32,484 nucleotides of DNA from a virus (Duplodnaviria > Heunggongvirae > Uroviricota > Caudoviricetes). The stretch lies in IMG/VR virus record IMGVR_UViG_2548876858_000013; one strand, written 5' to 3'. The stretch's first letter is position 1. Every line of letters starts with the position of its first letter. Shown here piece by piece: positions 17,782 through 26,181 of the stretch. The position numbers and the translations under genes are program-made. Under the pieces are notes generated by a model that saw only the letters and a program-made list of their open reading frames with translations, did no database searches and had not been told where the DNA came from.

Positions 17782-18226
17782 GTTTAAGCGTTTTGAAGAC
17801 CGGCTGACCGGACTGATTGAATCGCTGTCACCGTCAGGGCGTCGGCGACTGAGTGCCGAACTGGCGAAACGCCTGCGGCAGAGTCAGCAGCGTCGGGTGA
17901 TGGCACAGAAAGCTCCGGACGGCACACCCTACGCGCCACGCCAGCAGCAGAGCGCCAGAAAAAAGACCGGTCGTGTTAAGCGAAAAATGTTTGCGAAACT
18001 TATCACCAGTCGTTTTTTGCATATCCGCGCCAGCCCGGAACAGGCATCAATGGAGTTTTACGGCGGGAAGTCACCGAAAATCGCCAGTGTGCATCAGTTC
18101 GGTCTGTCGGAAGAAAACCGGAAAGACGGTAAGAAAATTGATTATCCGGCGCGTCCTCTGCTCGGCTTTACCGGTGAGGATGTGCAGATGATTGAAGAGA
18201 TTATCCTGGCTCACCTTGAGCGTTAG
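17774..18226 (+). CDS. S: Tail completion protein (P2 gpS-like)
   Basis: 150 aa, recalled P2 gpS length, in synteny. Confidence 0.85.
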   Translation: MNEFKRFEDRLTGLIESLSPSGRRRLSAELAKRLRQSQQRRVMAQKAPDGTPYAPRQQQSARKKTGRVKRKMFAKLITSRFLHIRASPEQASMEFYGGKSPKIASVHQFGLSEENRKDGKKIDYPARPLLGFTGEDVQMIEEIILAHLER

Positions 18227-18260
18227 TTTTATCCAGGCAGAGGCTGATGCGCAATTAAGC

Positions 18261-18287
18261 ATTGAGCGGCCGTGCTGGTCGCTCAAT
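18261..18287. terminator. Stem-loop between gpS and the convergent cargo gene (possible terminator)
   Basis: 8-bp inverted repeat ATTGAGCG ... CGCTCAAT with an 11-nt loop, between two convergent stops; no strong U-tract. Confidence 0.3.
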
Positions 18288-18297
18288 ATTTAGAGGT

Positions 18298-19083
18298 TTA
18301 TGAGTGGTTTTTATTTGATGCTTTGTATTCTAAAACCTTCTTATTGGCGTAAAGGAATTTTGTATATGACAGGAATATAAGCAGACCTGAAATGAAATAG
18401 GTTAGGGATATTATTAATAATGTTTTTCTGTGGCTGTTATTATCTTTAATCTCCTGACTTAACCATTCGGAGTCCTCCTTGTTTAGCTGTAAGAGCTTAT
18501 TGCAGGCGATCTCGGGAAGTGTGTCTTTTATAAATACGTTTTGCAGACTCTTGCAATCGGCAAGGCTATAAGTTTTATTAAATTCAACCGTTTTATTTTT
18601 GAAGGATAAAAGAACTTTGTCACTATAAACATAGTACATCATATTTTTATATGGTATACCTATGGCATCCCTTACTATAGCGGATTGTTCATTGTGTATA
18701 TAACATGCGAAGAGAATATAAATAATACTGGCCAGAATTACAATTATTGTTTTAATTATGTGTGGTGGTTTTGTTATGTCACCCCAGATGCGAGTAAGGA
18801 AAAAATACGATGTTTTTAGTTTTCCATCAATCAGTCCCTGCTGTATCATTCTCACATTTTCAATGCCTGATACATTGATTCCGTTAATTATTTTAAATAG
18901 TTGAATGTCGCGCCACTCGCGGTCAAGTCTTTTTAATTTTTTGTCTGAATATCCAAAATTGAAATAATGTGCAATAAGCCTCATAAGGTTACTTTTACCA
19001 AAGCTAAAAAATGCTAATACTGCAAAGCTACAAAGGAAAAAAACGATTAGCCCCCACACATTAGTCACATTATAGCTGACCAT
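18298..19083 (-). CDS. Hypothetical cargo membrane protein, 261 aa, three predicted TM helices
   Basis: Strong RBS (AAGGAG six nt upstream of the ATG at 19081-19083); very AT-rich; hydrophobic segments near the N-terminus (VWGLIVFFLCSFAVLAFFSF), middle (IIKTIIVILASIIYILFACYI) and C-terminus (LLIISLTYFISGLLIFLSY). Sits at the S-V variable locus. Confidence 0.75.
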   Translation of the reverse strand: MVSYNVTNVWGLIVFFLCSFAVLAFFSFGKSNLMRLIAHYFNFGYSDKKLKRLDREWRDIQLFKIINGINVSGIENVRMIQQGLIDGKLKTSYFFLTRIWGDITKPPHIIKTIIVILASIIYILFACYIHNEQSAIVRDAIGIPYKNMMYYVYSDKVLLSFKNKTVEFNKTYSLADCKSLQNVFIKDTLPEIACNKLLQLNKEDSEWLSQEIKDNNSHRKTLLIISLTYFISGLLIFLSYTKFLYANKKVLEYKASNKNHS

Positions 19084-19166
19084 TACGCTCTCCTTGAATG
19101 TTGTCTGGTAGTTCTACAAATGAATCCAGATAGCATAACTTTTATATATTGTGCAATCTCACATGC
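19084..19166. promoter_or_regulatory. Probable late promoter region upstream of V, shared with the divergent cargo gene
   Basis: Position-based inference; 83-bp AT-rich divergent intergenic region. Confidence 0.3.
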
Positions 19167-19802
19167 ATGAACACTCTCGCAAATATTCAGGAACTCGCGC
19201 GCGCACTGCGCAACATGATTCGCACCGGCATTATCGTCGAAACCGACCTTAACGCCGGTCGCTGCCGCGTGCAGACCGGCGGCATGTGCACCGACTGGCT
19301 TCAGTGGCTGACCCATCGCGCCGGGCGTTCGCGCACATGGTGGGCACCTTCCGTGGGGGAACAGGTGCTGATTCTGGCCGTGGGTGGTGAACTCGACACG
19401 GCGTTCGTTCTGCCGGGGATTTATTCCGGCGATAACCCCGCGCCGTCTGCGTCGGCGGATGCCCTGCATATCCGTTTCCCTGACGGGGCGGTGATTGAGT
19501 ATGAACCTGAAACCAGCGCGCTCACGGTAAGCGGAGTTAAAACGGCCAGCGTGACGGCTTCTGATTCTGTTACTGCCACGGTGCCGGTGGTCATGGTGAA
19601 AGCATCAACCCGCATCACCCTGGACACACCGGAGGTGGTCTGCACCAACAGGCTGATTACCGGCACGCTGGAAGTGCAGAAGGGCGGGACGATGCGCGGC
19701 AACATTGAACACACCGGCGGTGAGCTCTCATCAAACGGTAAGGTACTGCATACCCATAAACACCCCGGCGACAGCGGCGGCACAACCGGGGGACCTCTAT
19801 GA
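19167..19802 (+). CDS. V: Baseplate assembly/spike protein (P2 gpV-like)
   Basis: ATG at 19167 gives 211 aa (recalled P2 gpV length); the ORF track start at 19149 is a TTG. Confidence 0.85.
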   Translation: MNTLANIQELARALRNMIRTGIIVETDLNAGRCRVQTGGMCTDWLQWLTHRAGRSRTWWAPSVGEQVLILAVGGELDTAFVLPGIYSGDNPAPSASADALHIRFPDGAVIEYEPETSALTVSGVKTASVTASDSVTATVPVVMVKASTRITLDTPEVVCTNRLITGTLEVQKGGTMRGNIEHTGGELSSNGKVLHTHKHPGDSGGTTGGPL

Positions 19803-20146
19803 CTGCGCGTTATCTCGGAATGAATCGCAGTGATGGCCTGACTGTCACTGACCTTGAGCATATCAGCCAGAGTATCGGCGATATCCTGCGCACACCGGTC
19901 GGCTCACGGGTGATGCGTCGTGATTACGGCTCGTTGCTGGCGTCAATGATTGACCAGCCGCAGACCCCGGCGCTTGAGTTGCAGATTAAGGTCGCCTGTT
20001 ACATGGCGGTGCTGAAATGGGAACCCCGAGTCACCCTGTCATCCGTCACCACGGTGCGCAGTTTTGACGGGCGAATGACGGTCACGTTAACCGGTCAGCA
20101 CAACGACACCGGCCAGCCACTTTCGTTAACCATCCCTGTGAGTTGA
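19799..20146 (+). CDS. W: Baseplate protein (P2 gpW-like)
   Basis: 115 aa, recalled P2 gpW length; start overlaps the V stop. Confidence 0.85.
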   Translation: MTARYLGMNRSDGLTVTDLEHISQSIGDILRTPVGSRVMRRDYGSLLASMIDQPQTPALELQIKVACYMAVLKWEPRVTLSSVTTVRSFDGRMTVTLTGQHNDTGQPLSLTIPVS

Positions 20147-20150
20147 AACC

Positions 20151-21059
20151 ATGCCGATTATCGACCTGAACCAGCTACCCGCACCGGATGTGGTCGAGGA
20201 GCTGGACTTTGAAACCATTCTCGCCGAACGCAAGGCGACACTGATTTCCCTTTACCCGGAAGACCAGCAGGAGGCGGTCGCCCGTACCCTGACGCTGGAA
20301 TCTGAGCCTCTCGTCAAACTGCTGGAGGAAAATGCTTATCGTGAGCTTATCTGGCGTCAGCGTGTGAATGAGGCCGCACGGGCGGTGATGCTGGCCTGTG
20401 CCGCCGGTAATGACCTTGATGTGATTGGTGCCAATTACAACACCACGCGCCTGATTATCACCCCGGCAGATGATTCGACCCTCCCGCCGACACCGGCCGT
20501 GATGGAATCTGACACCGATTATCGTCTGCGTATTCAGCAGGCGTTTGAAGGTTTAAGCGTCGCCGGGTCGGTGGGGGCCTATCAGTATCATGGTCGCAGT
20601 GCTGACGGGCGTGTCGCGGATATCTCTGTTACCAGTCCGTCTCCTGCCTGCGTCACCATCTCCGTGCTGTCACGTGAAAATAACGGTGTCGCATCCGAAG
20701 ACCTGCTGGCTGTGGTGCGTAACGCCCTTAATGGTGAGGACGTCAGGCCGGTGGCCGACCGCGTGACCGTGCAGTCTGCCGCCATCGTTGAATACCAGAT
20801 AAACGCCACGCTTTACCTTTACCCTGGTCCCGAAAGCGAACCCATCCGCGCTGCCGCTGTGAAAAAGCTGGAAGCGTATATCACGGCACAGCACCGGCTG
20901 GGGCGCGACATCCGTCTGTCTGCCATTTATGCCGCTTTGCATGTGGAAGGCGTGCAGCGTGTCGAACTGGCTGCACCGCTGGCCGATATCGTGCTTAACA
21001 GCACGCAGGCGTCTTTCTGTACCGAATACCGCGTCGTGACCGGAGGCTCGGATGAGTGA
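20151..21059 (+). CDS. J: Baseplate protein (P2 gpJ-like)
   Basis: 302 aa, recalled P2 gpJ length. Confidence 0.9.
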   Translation: MPIIDLNQLPAPDVVEELDFETILAERKATLISLYPEDQQEAVARTLTLESEPLVKLLEENAYRELIWRQRVNEAARAVMLACAAGNDLDVIGANYNTTRLIITPADDSTLPPTPAVMESDTDYRLRIQQAFEGLSVAGSVGAYQYHGRSADGRVADISVTSPSPACVTISVLSRENNGVASEDLLAVVRNALNGEDVRPVADRVTVQSAAIVEYQINATLYLYPGPESEPIRAAAVKKLEAYITAQHRLGRDIRLSAIYAALHVEGVQRVELAAPLADIVLNSTQASFCTEYRVVTGGSDE

Positions 21060-21582
21060 TTCGCGACTGCTGCCGACCGGCTCATCACCGCTTGAGGTCG
21101 CCGCCGCAAAAGCCTGTGCGGAAATTGAAAAAACGCCGGTCAGTATTCGTGAGCTGTGGAACCCGGATACCTGTCCGGCAAATCTGCTGCCGTGGCTGGC
21201 GTGGGCGTTTTCGGTCGACAGGTGGGATGAGAAGTGGCCGGAAGCGACAAAACGCGCCGTTATCCGCGATGCGTATTTCATTCATTGTCATAAAGGCACT
21301 GTCGGTGCAATCCGGCGTGTGGTGGAGCCGCTCGGCTATCTCATCAACGTGACGGAGTGGTGGGAAAACAGTGACCCGCCCGGCACCTTCCGGCTTGATA
21401 TTGGTGTACTGGAAAGTGGCATCACAGAGGCAATGTATCAGGAAATGGAACGGCTGATTGCTGATGCCAAACCTGCAAGCCGCCACCTTATTGGCCTGAA
21501 CATTACCCGGGACATTCCCGGCTACCTGTTCGCCGGTGGTGTGGCTTACGACGGCGATGTAATTACGGTTTACCCCGGATAA
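21052..21582 (+). CDS. I: Tail/baseplate protein (P2 gpI-like)
   Basis: 176 aa, recalled P2 gpI length; start overlaps the J stop. Confidence 0.85.
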   Translation: MSDSRLLPTGSSPLEVAAAKACAEIEKTPVSIRELWNPDTCPANLLPWLAWAFSVDRWDEKWPEATKRAVIRDAYFIHCHKGTVGAIRRVVEPLGYLINVTEWWENSDPPGTFRLDIGVLESGITEAMYQEMERLIADAKPASRHLIGLNITRDIPGYLFAGGVAYDGDVITVYPG

Positions 21583-21592
21583 GTGAGGAATA

Positions 21593-23722
21593 ATGAGCAC
21601 AAAATTCAGAACCGTTATCACCACTGCCGGTGCAGCAAAGCTGGCAGCGGCAACCGCGCCGGGAGGGCGGAAGGTCAACATTACCACGATGGCCGTCGGG
21701 GATGGCGGTGGTAAATTGCCTGTCCCGGATGCCGGACAGACCGGGCTTATCCATGAAGTCTGGCGACATACGCTGAACAAAATCAGCCAGGACAAACGAA
21801 ACAGTAATTATATTATCGCAGAGCTGGTTATTCCGCCGGAGGTGGGTGGTTTCTGGATGCGTGAGCTTGGCCTGTACGATGATGCGGGAACGTTAATTGC
21901 CGTGGCGAACATGGCCGAAAGTTATAAACCTGCCCTTGCCGAAGGCTCAGGGCGTTCGCAGACCTGCCGCATGGTCATCATCGTCAGCAGTGTGGCCTCA
22001 GTGGTGCTGACCATTGACACCACAACGGTGATGGCGACGCAGGATTACGTTGATGACAAAATTGCAGAGCATGAACAGTCACGACGTCACCCGGACGCCT
22101 CGCTGACCGCAAAAGGTTTTACTCAGTTAAGCAATGCGACCAACAGCACGTCTGAAACACTGGCCGCAACGCCGAAAGCGGTAAAGGCCGCCTATGACCT
22201 GGCTAACGGGAAATATACTGCGCAGGATGCCACCACAGCGCGAAAAGGTCTTGTCCAGCTCAGTAGTGCCACCAACAGCACGTCTGAAACGCTCGCCGCA
22301 ACACCAAAAGCGGTAAAGGCCGCGTATGACCTTGCTAACGGGAAATACACTGCACAGGACGCCACCACAGCGCGAAAAGGTCTTGTCCAGCTCAGTAGCG
22401 TCACCAACAGCGATTCTGAAATGCTTGCGGCAACGCCAAAGGCGGTTAAGACAGCGTATGACCTTGCTAATGGGAAATACACTGCACAGGATGCCACCAC
22501 GGCGCGGAAAGGTCTTGTTCAGCTCAGTAGCGCCACCAACAGCGATTCTGAAACGCTGGCTGCAACGCCAAAGGCGGTTAAGACAGCGTATGACCTTGCT
22601 AACGGGAAATACACTGCACAGGACGCCACCACAGCGAGAAAAGGCCTTGTCCAGCTCAGTAGCGCCACCAACAGCGATTCTGATACGCTGGCCGCAACAC
22701 CAAAAGCGGTGAGGTCTGCCTATGACAATGCTGAGAAACGTCTTCAGAAAGATCAGAACGGCGCGGATATTCCTGATAAAAGATTATTCCTGCGCAATAT
22801 TGGAGCAACAAATTCAACAACCATGTCTTTTAGTGGTGGTACAGGATGGTTCAGGCTGGCAACTGTAACCATGCCACAGGCCAGTTCCGTGGTTTACATA
22901 AGTCTGATTGGTGGTGCCGGGTATAATGTTAACTCCCCTATGCAGGCTGGTATATCTGAACTTGTTCTTCGTGCGGGAAATGGAAATCCAAAAGGTCTTA
23001 CTGGTGCGTTATGGCGACGGACCTCGGTTGGATTTACTAATTTTGCATGGGTGAATACATCCGGTGATACCTATGATGTTTATGTTGAAATAGGTAATTA
23101 CGCCACAGGTGTTAATATTCAGTGGGATTATACCAGTAACGCCAGCGTAACGATTCATACATCACCAACTTATACAGCGAATAAACCAACAGGCCTGACA
23201 GATGGAACTGTATATGTAATTTACAGTTCGCACATTAAACCGACTGCTGCTGATGTTGGGGCGTTATCATTATCTGGAGGTCAATTGAATGGTGCACTGG
23301 GCATCGGTACATCCAGTGCTCTTGGCGGTAACTCGATTGTTTTGGGTGATAATGACACGGGCTTTAAACAAAATGGCGACGGTAATCTGGATGTTTATGC
23401 TAATAACGTCCATGTTATGCGCTTTGTCTCCGGTAGCATTCAAAGTAATAAAACCATAAATATTACGGGGCGTGTTAATCCCTCGGATTACGGTAACTTT
23501 GATTCCCGCTATGTCCGGGATATCCGGCTTGGTGGTGCTGCCACATACAAACCTGCGAACAATGGCATGACATGGACACATCAGGCACCATCCGGGTGTG
23601 TATATTCCGGCATTATTGTTCAGGATACCGGCTCAAACTCTGCCGATAACATTGGTGGCGTATATTACAGGCCGGTGCAGAAATACATTAACGGGACATG
23701 GTATAACGTGGTGCAGGTATAA
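21593..23722 (+). CDS. H: Tail fiber protein (P2 gpH-like) with internal tandem repeats
   Basis: 709 aa after the baseplate genes; conserved N-terminal region, a central block of 44-aa tandem repeats, and a more AT-rich C-terminal region. Confidence 0.9.
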   Translation: MSTKFRTVITTAGAAKLAAATAPGGRKVNITTMAVGDGGGKLPVPDAGQTGLIHEVWRHTLNKISQDKRNSNYIIAELVIPPEVGGFWMRELGLYDDAGTLIAVANMAESYKPALAEGSGRSQTCRMVIIVSSVASVVLTIDTTTVMATQDYVDDKIAEHEQSRRHPDASLTAKGFTQLSNATNSTSETLAATPKAVKAAYDLANGKYTAQDATTARKGLVQLSSATNSTSETLAATPKAVKAAYDLANGKYTAQDATTARKGLVQLSSVTNSDSEMLAATPKAVKTAYDLANGKYTAQDATTARKGLVQLSSATNSDSETLAATPKAVKTAYDLANGKYTAQDATTARKGLVQLSSATNSDSDTLAATPKAVRSAYDNAEKRLQKDQNGADIPDKRLFLRNIGATNSTTMSFSGGTGWFRLATVTMPQASSVVYISLIGGAGYNVNSPMQAGISELVLRAGNGNPKGLTGALWRRTSVGFTNFAWVNTSGDTYDVYVEIGNYATGVNIQWDYTSNASVTIHTSPTYTANKPTGLTDGTVYVIYSSHIKPTAADVGALSLSGGQLNGALGIGTSSALGGNSIVLGDNDTGFKQNGDGNLDVYANNVHVMRFVSGSIQSNKTINITGRVNPSDYGNFDSRYVRDIRLGGAATYKPANNGMTWTHQAPSGCVYSGIIVQDTGSNSADNIGGVYYRPVQKYINGTWYNVVQV
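22113..22722 (+). repeat. In-frame tandem repeat inside the tail fiber gene, about 4.6 copies of a 132-bp (44-aa) unit
   Basis: Repeated peptide KGLVQLSSATNS(T/D)SETLAATPKAVKAAYDLANGKYTAQDATTAR; copies begin near 22113, 22245, 22377, 22509 and 22641 with a few substitutions. Confidence 0.85.
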
Positions 23723-23725
23723 TTT

Positions 23726-24253
23726 ATGCAGCATTTAAAAAATATTACGGCGGGTAATCCAAAAACGGTTGAACAATATCAATTAACAAAGGACTTTGAT
23801 GTTGTCTGGTTTTTTTCAGAAGATGGTAAGAACTGGTACGAAGAACAAAAGTATTTTGCTGATGACACGATAAAAATAGCGTACGACAAAGATAATATCA
23901 TCCGCTATGTGGAAAAGGATGTGACAGCTATCAGACCAGATGGATTAAGTGTTGTTGAAGTGGCGGATATTACTGCTAACCGACGGGCGGACATTTCAGG
24001 GAACTGGATGTTTAAAGACGGCACAGTGATTAAACGAATTTATACGGCGGAGGAATTGCAGCAGCAGGCAGAAAATCGGAAAGCCAGACTTCTTACAGAT
24101 GCTGAATACGTGATTTTGCCGTTGGAGCGCGCGGTCAGGCTGAACATAGCAACAGAGGAGGAGCGCACACGGTTGGAGGCTTGGGAACGCTACAGCGTTC
24201 TGGTCAGTCGTGTGGATCCTGCGAATCCTGAATGGCCGGAAATGCCGCAATAA
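23726..24253 (+). CDS. G: Tail fiber assembly protein (P2 gpG-like)
   Basis: 175 aa, recalled P2 gpG length, directly after H. Confidence 0.85.
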   Translation: MQHLKNITAGNPKTVEQYQLTKDFDVVWFFSEDGKNWYEEQKYFADDTIKIAYDKDNIIRYVEKDVTAIRPDGLSVVEVADITANRRADISGNWMFKDGTVIKRIYTAEELQQQAENRKARLLTDAEYVILPLERAVRLNIATEEERTRLEAWERYSVLVSRVDPANPEWPEMPQ

Positions 24254-24310
24254 GTTCTATGAGCTCTGGTGTGAGCTGACATATCTATGGCAAAGAGTAA
24301 AGCCTAATCT

Positions 24311-24342
24311 GACAGTCCGCTCTGTGCCATGAGCGGACTGTC
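24311..24342. terminator. Perfect 12-bp inverted repeat stem-loop downstream of G (possible terminator)
   Basis: GACAGTCCGCTC / 8-nt loop / GAGCGGACTGTC; no clear U-tract, so terminator efficiency is uncertain. Confidence 0.4.
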
Positions 24343-24537
24343 AATAAACAGATTTACGTGTAAATCTTGAAGCTATACATATTTACTTTCAATGATAAAT
24401 AAAAGAACCACCCCAAAATCACTGAAAGTATATTTTAACTAACCACCTGCAACTACTAACATTAATTTCACTCAACCTCAAAGAGTCGTAATTAAAATGA
24501 TATGTATAGCAATTTGCCTCGATACGAATCATATGAA

Positions 24538-25236
24538 TTATATTTTTCCATGCTTTTCACCGTCAAATCGAATCATGCTAGGATCAAGAAAATAAATCAA
24601 ATCAATTAACGCATGTTGTATTCTGATTAGCCTTTCTTTATAAGGCTCGATATTTTTTGTCATATTTATCACTTCATTGTTTAAATCTAAAAAAAATGGT
24701 TCATTGACAAAGCAATTTTCCTTTGTGAAACCGCCGTAACCTATGCAATCAAATCCAGCATCTGTTGATATCAACATCTTTTCCGCAATAGCTCTCTGCT
24801 CTCCTATGAAAAACATAAAATACTGACCAAAGGCGTCTGTTTGGATTAATGAGTTAATATTGTTCTGTAATCTAATAAACTCCCTCATTTTTTTATTTTT
24901 TTCTAGACTAAGGTATTGAATGTCTATGCGGGCAGCTTCTGTCCATGCAAAGAACTGGGAAAAAAGAAAAACCGTATTTTTGATAACATAATCTTGTTGG
25001 CGCTTACTCCCATTATGATAAAACTCTTCAATAAACCCTAATTCTAATATGTTATAAATGCGGCTTTGTAAGTCTGAAGCTGAGCGAATTAACGGTTCAA
25101 TATAGTACTGATGTTTTCTCCTTACATCCAGTGTTTCATTGAGCTTGTTTATTCTATTCTGATTATAGGTAGATATAGCAATAGAGATTATAGATATTGC
25201 ACCACCAATAAGGCTTGAAATTAATGCCACACTCAT
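24538..25236 (-). CDS. Hypothetical cargo protein, 232 aa, N-terminal TM helix plus soluble domain
   Basis: RBS AAGGA seven nt upstream of the ATG at 25234-25236; very AT-rich; N-terminal hydrophobic segment VALISSLIGGAISIISIAISTY; at the G-FI variable locus. Confidence 0.7.
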   Translation of the reverse strand: MSVALISSLIGGAISIISIAISTYNQNRINKLNETLDVRRKHQYYIEPLIRSASDLQSRIYNILELGFIEEFYHNGSKRQQDYVIKNTVFLFSQFFAWTEAARIDIQYLSLEKNKKMREFIRLQNNINSLIQTDAFGQYFMFFIGEQRAIAEKMLISTDAGFDCIGYGGFTKENCFVNEPFFLDLNNEVINMTKNIEPYKERLIRIQHALIDLIYFLDPSMIRFDGEKHGKI

Positions 25237-26058
25237 CTAAAAGTCCTTTGATTTTCTTGGTTAACAAAATGACATGGTTTTATTTAATGTCGCAGCAACT
25301 TAATAATACACCATGATATGATTATTATGGTGTGATTTTTCGCATCTGTAATCCATTACAAACAGATGCAAGGTATAACTTGTCTATTTTTAGTCAGAAA
25401 ATTCGTAAACATCCAAAGTAGCCTCATCAAACTCTTAAAATTCTATACATTTGAGTGTAAAGATTTTAAATTCAGCTGCATGGTATCGACTCATGTTTAT
25501 TATATCTTTTATTTGTAATTAAAGGTTGCATTATTTTCGATAGTAAATCATCGCAAGATTGAAATATGATTTCACTTGATGCAATGTTTCATGTGGCCCA
25601 GCGATTTGAGTTACACCCAGCTGTACGGGTAATATAAATCAAATTGATGAACTTTTGATACACTCCTCTCTCCTCATTACTTTATGTTTTTGCTCTCAAA
25701 AATATCTTGCTCTCTGAAAATTATTCTTTAAGTTCAAAGTCGAGGACTGCATGAGTGTTAGATACAAAGCTAATATGTTGAAATGTTTTTCATCTCCCCA
25801 TAACGGCATTATTATCTAAAATATTTACACAAATATAGGATTACCCCTTTAACGTAAACTAGGTATCAAGTTAACACCATTATATATATCATAAACATGA
25901 TATTTTGTATATTTTTATCATTTAGCCTTGATTGTACAGGGCGTACTCTCAACGAAGTAGGGAAAGTCTGTTTTTCGCTCAAAACTGGCTGTCAGATTTG
26001 ATAGCATTTGGGCTATGTAAATTGTCAGTTGGAGAATGAGGGAGTAAAAATCAGGACA

Positions 26059-26085
26059 GGCGGGCGAATTGCCCGCCTTTTCTTT
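26059..26085 (+). terminator. Intrinsic terminator-like hairpin upstream of FI
   Basis: GGCGGGC / loop GAATT / GCCCGCC followed directly by TTTTCTTT on the plus strand. Confidence 0.5.
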
Positions 26086-26181
26086 ATCTGTTGTTTCATC
26101 CACTGACCAGCCAGGTCAAATAGCGTCTCATGTACTACCCAACGGAAAATAGTTGCACCCATTAACCACGGAGTTAAACGG
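26086..26181 (+). promoter_or_regulatory. Probable late promoter region upstream of FI, inferred by position
   Basis: Region between the terminator and the FI start. One-mismatch candidate to the recalled TGT-N12-ACA late-promoter site (TGT at 26092-26094, CCA twelve nt later); not conclusive. Confidence 0.3.

Noticed and set aside
22192-22500. 102-aa minus-strand ORF with an internally repeated protein
   Set aside because: It is the antisense frame of the tandem repeats in tail fiber gene H; the repeat periodicity creates the open frame.
22113-22722. CRISPR-like array
   Set aside because: The only regular repeats in the window are in-frame coding repeats of the tail fiber (132-bp units without unique spacers); no CRISPR array is present.
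25918-26103. 61-aa minus-strand ORF
   Set aside because: It overlaps the 26059-26085 terminator hairpin and has no RBS.
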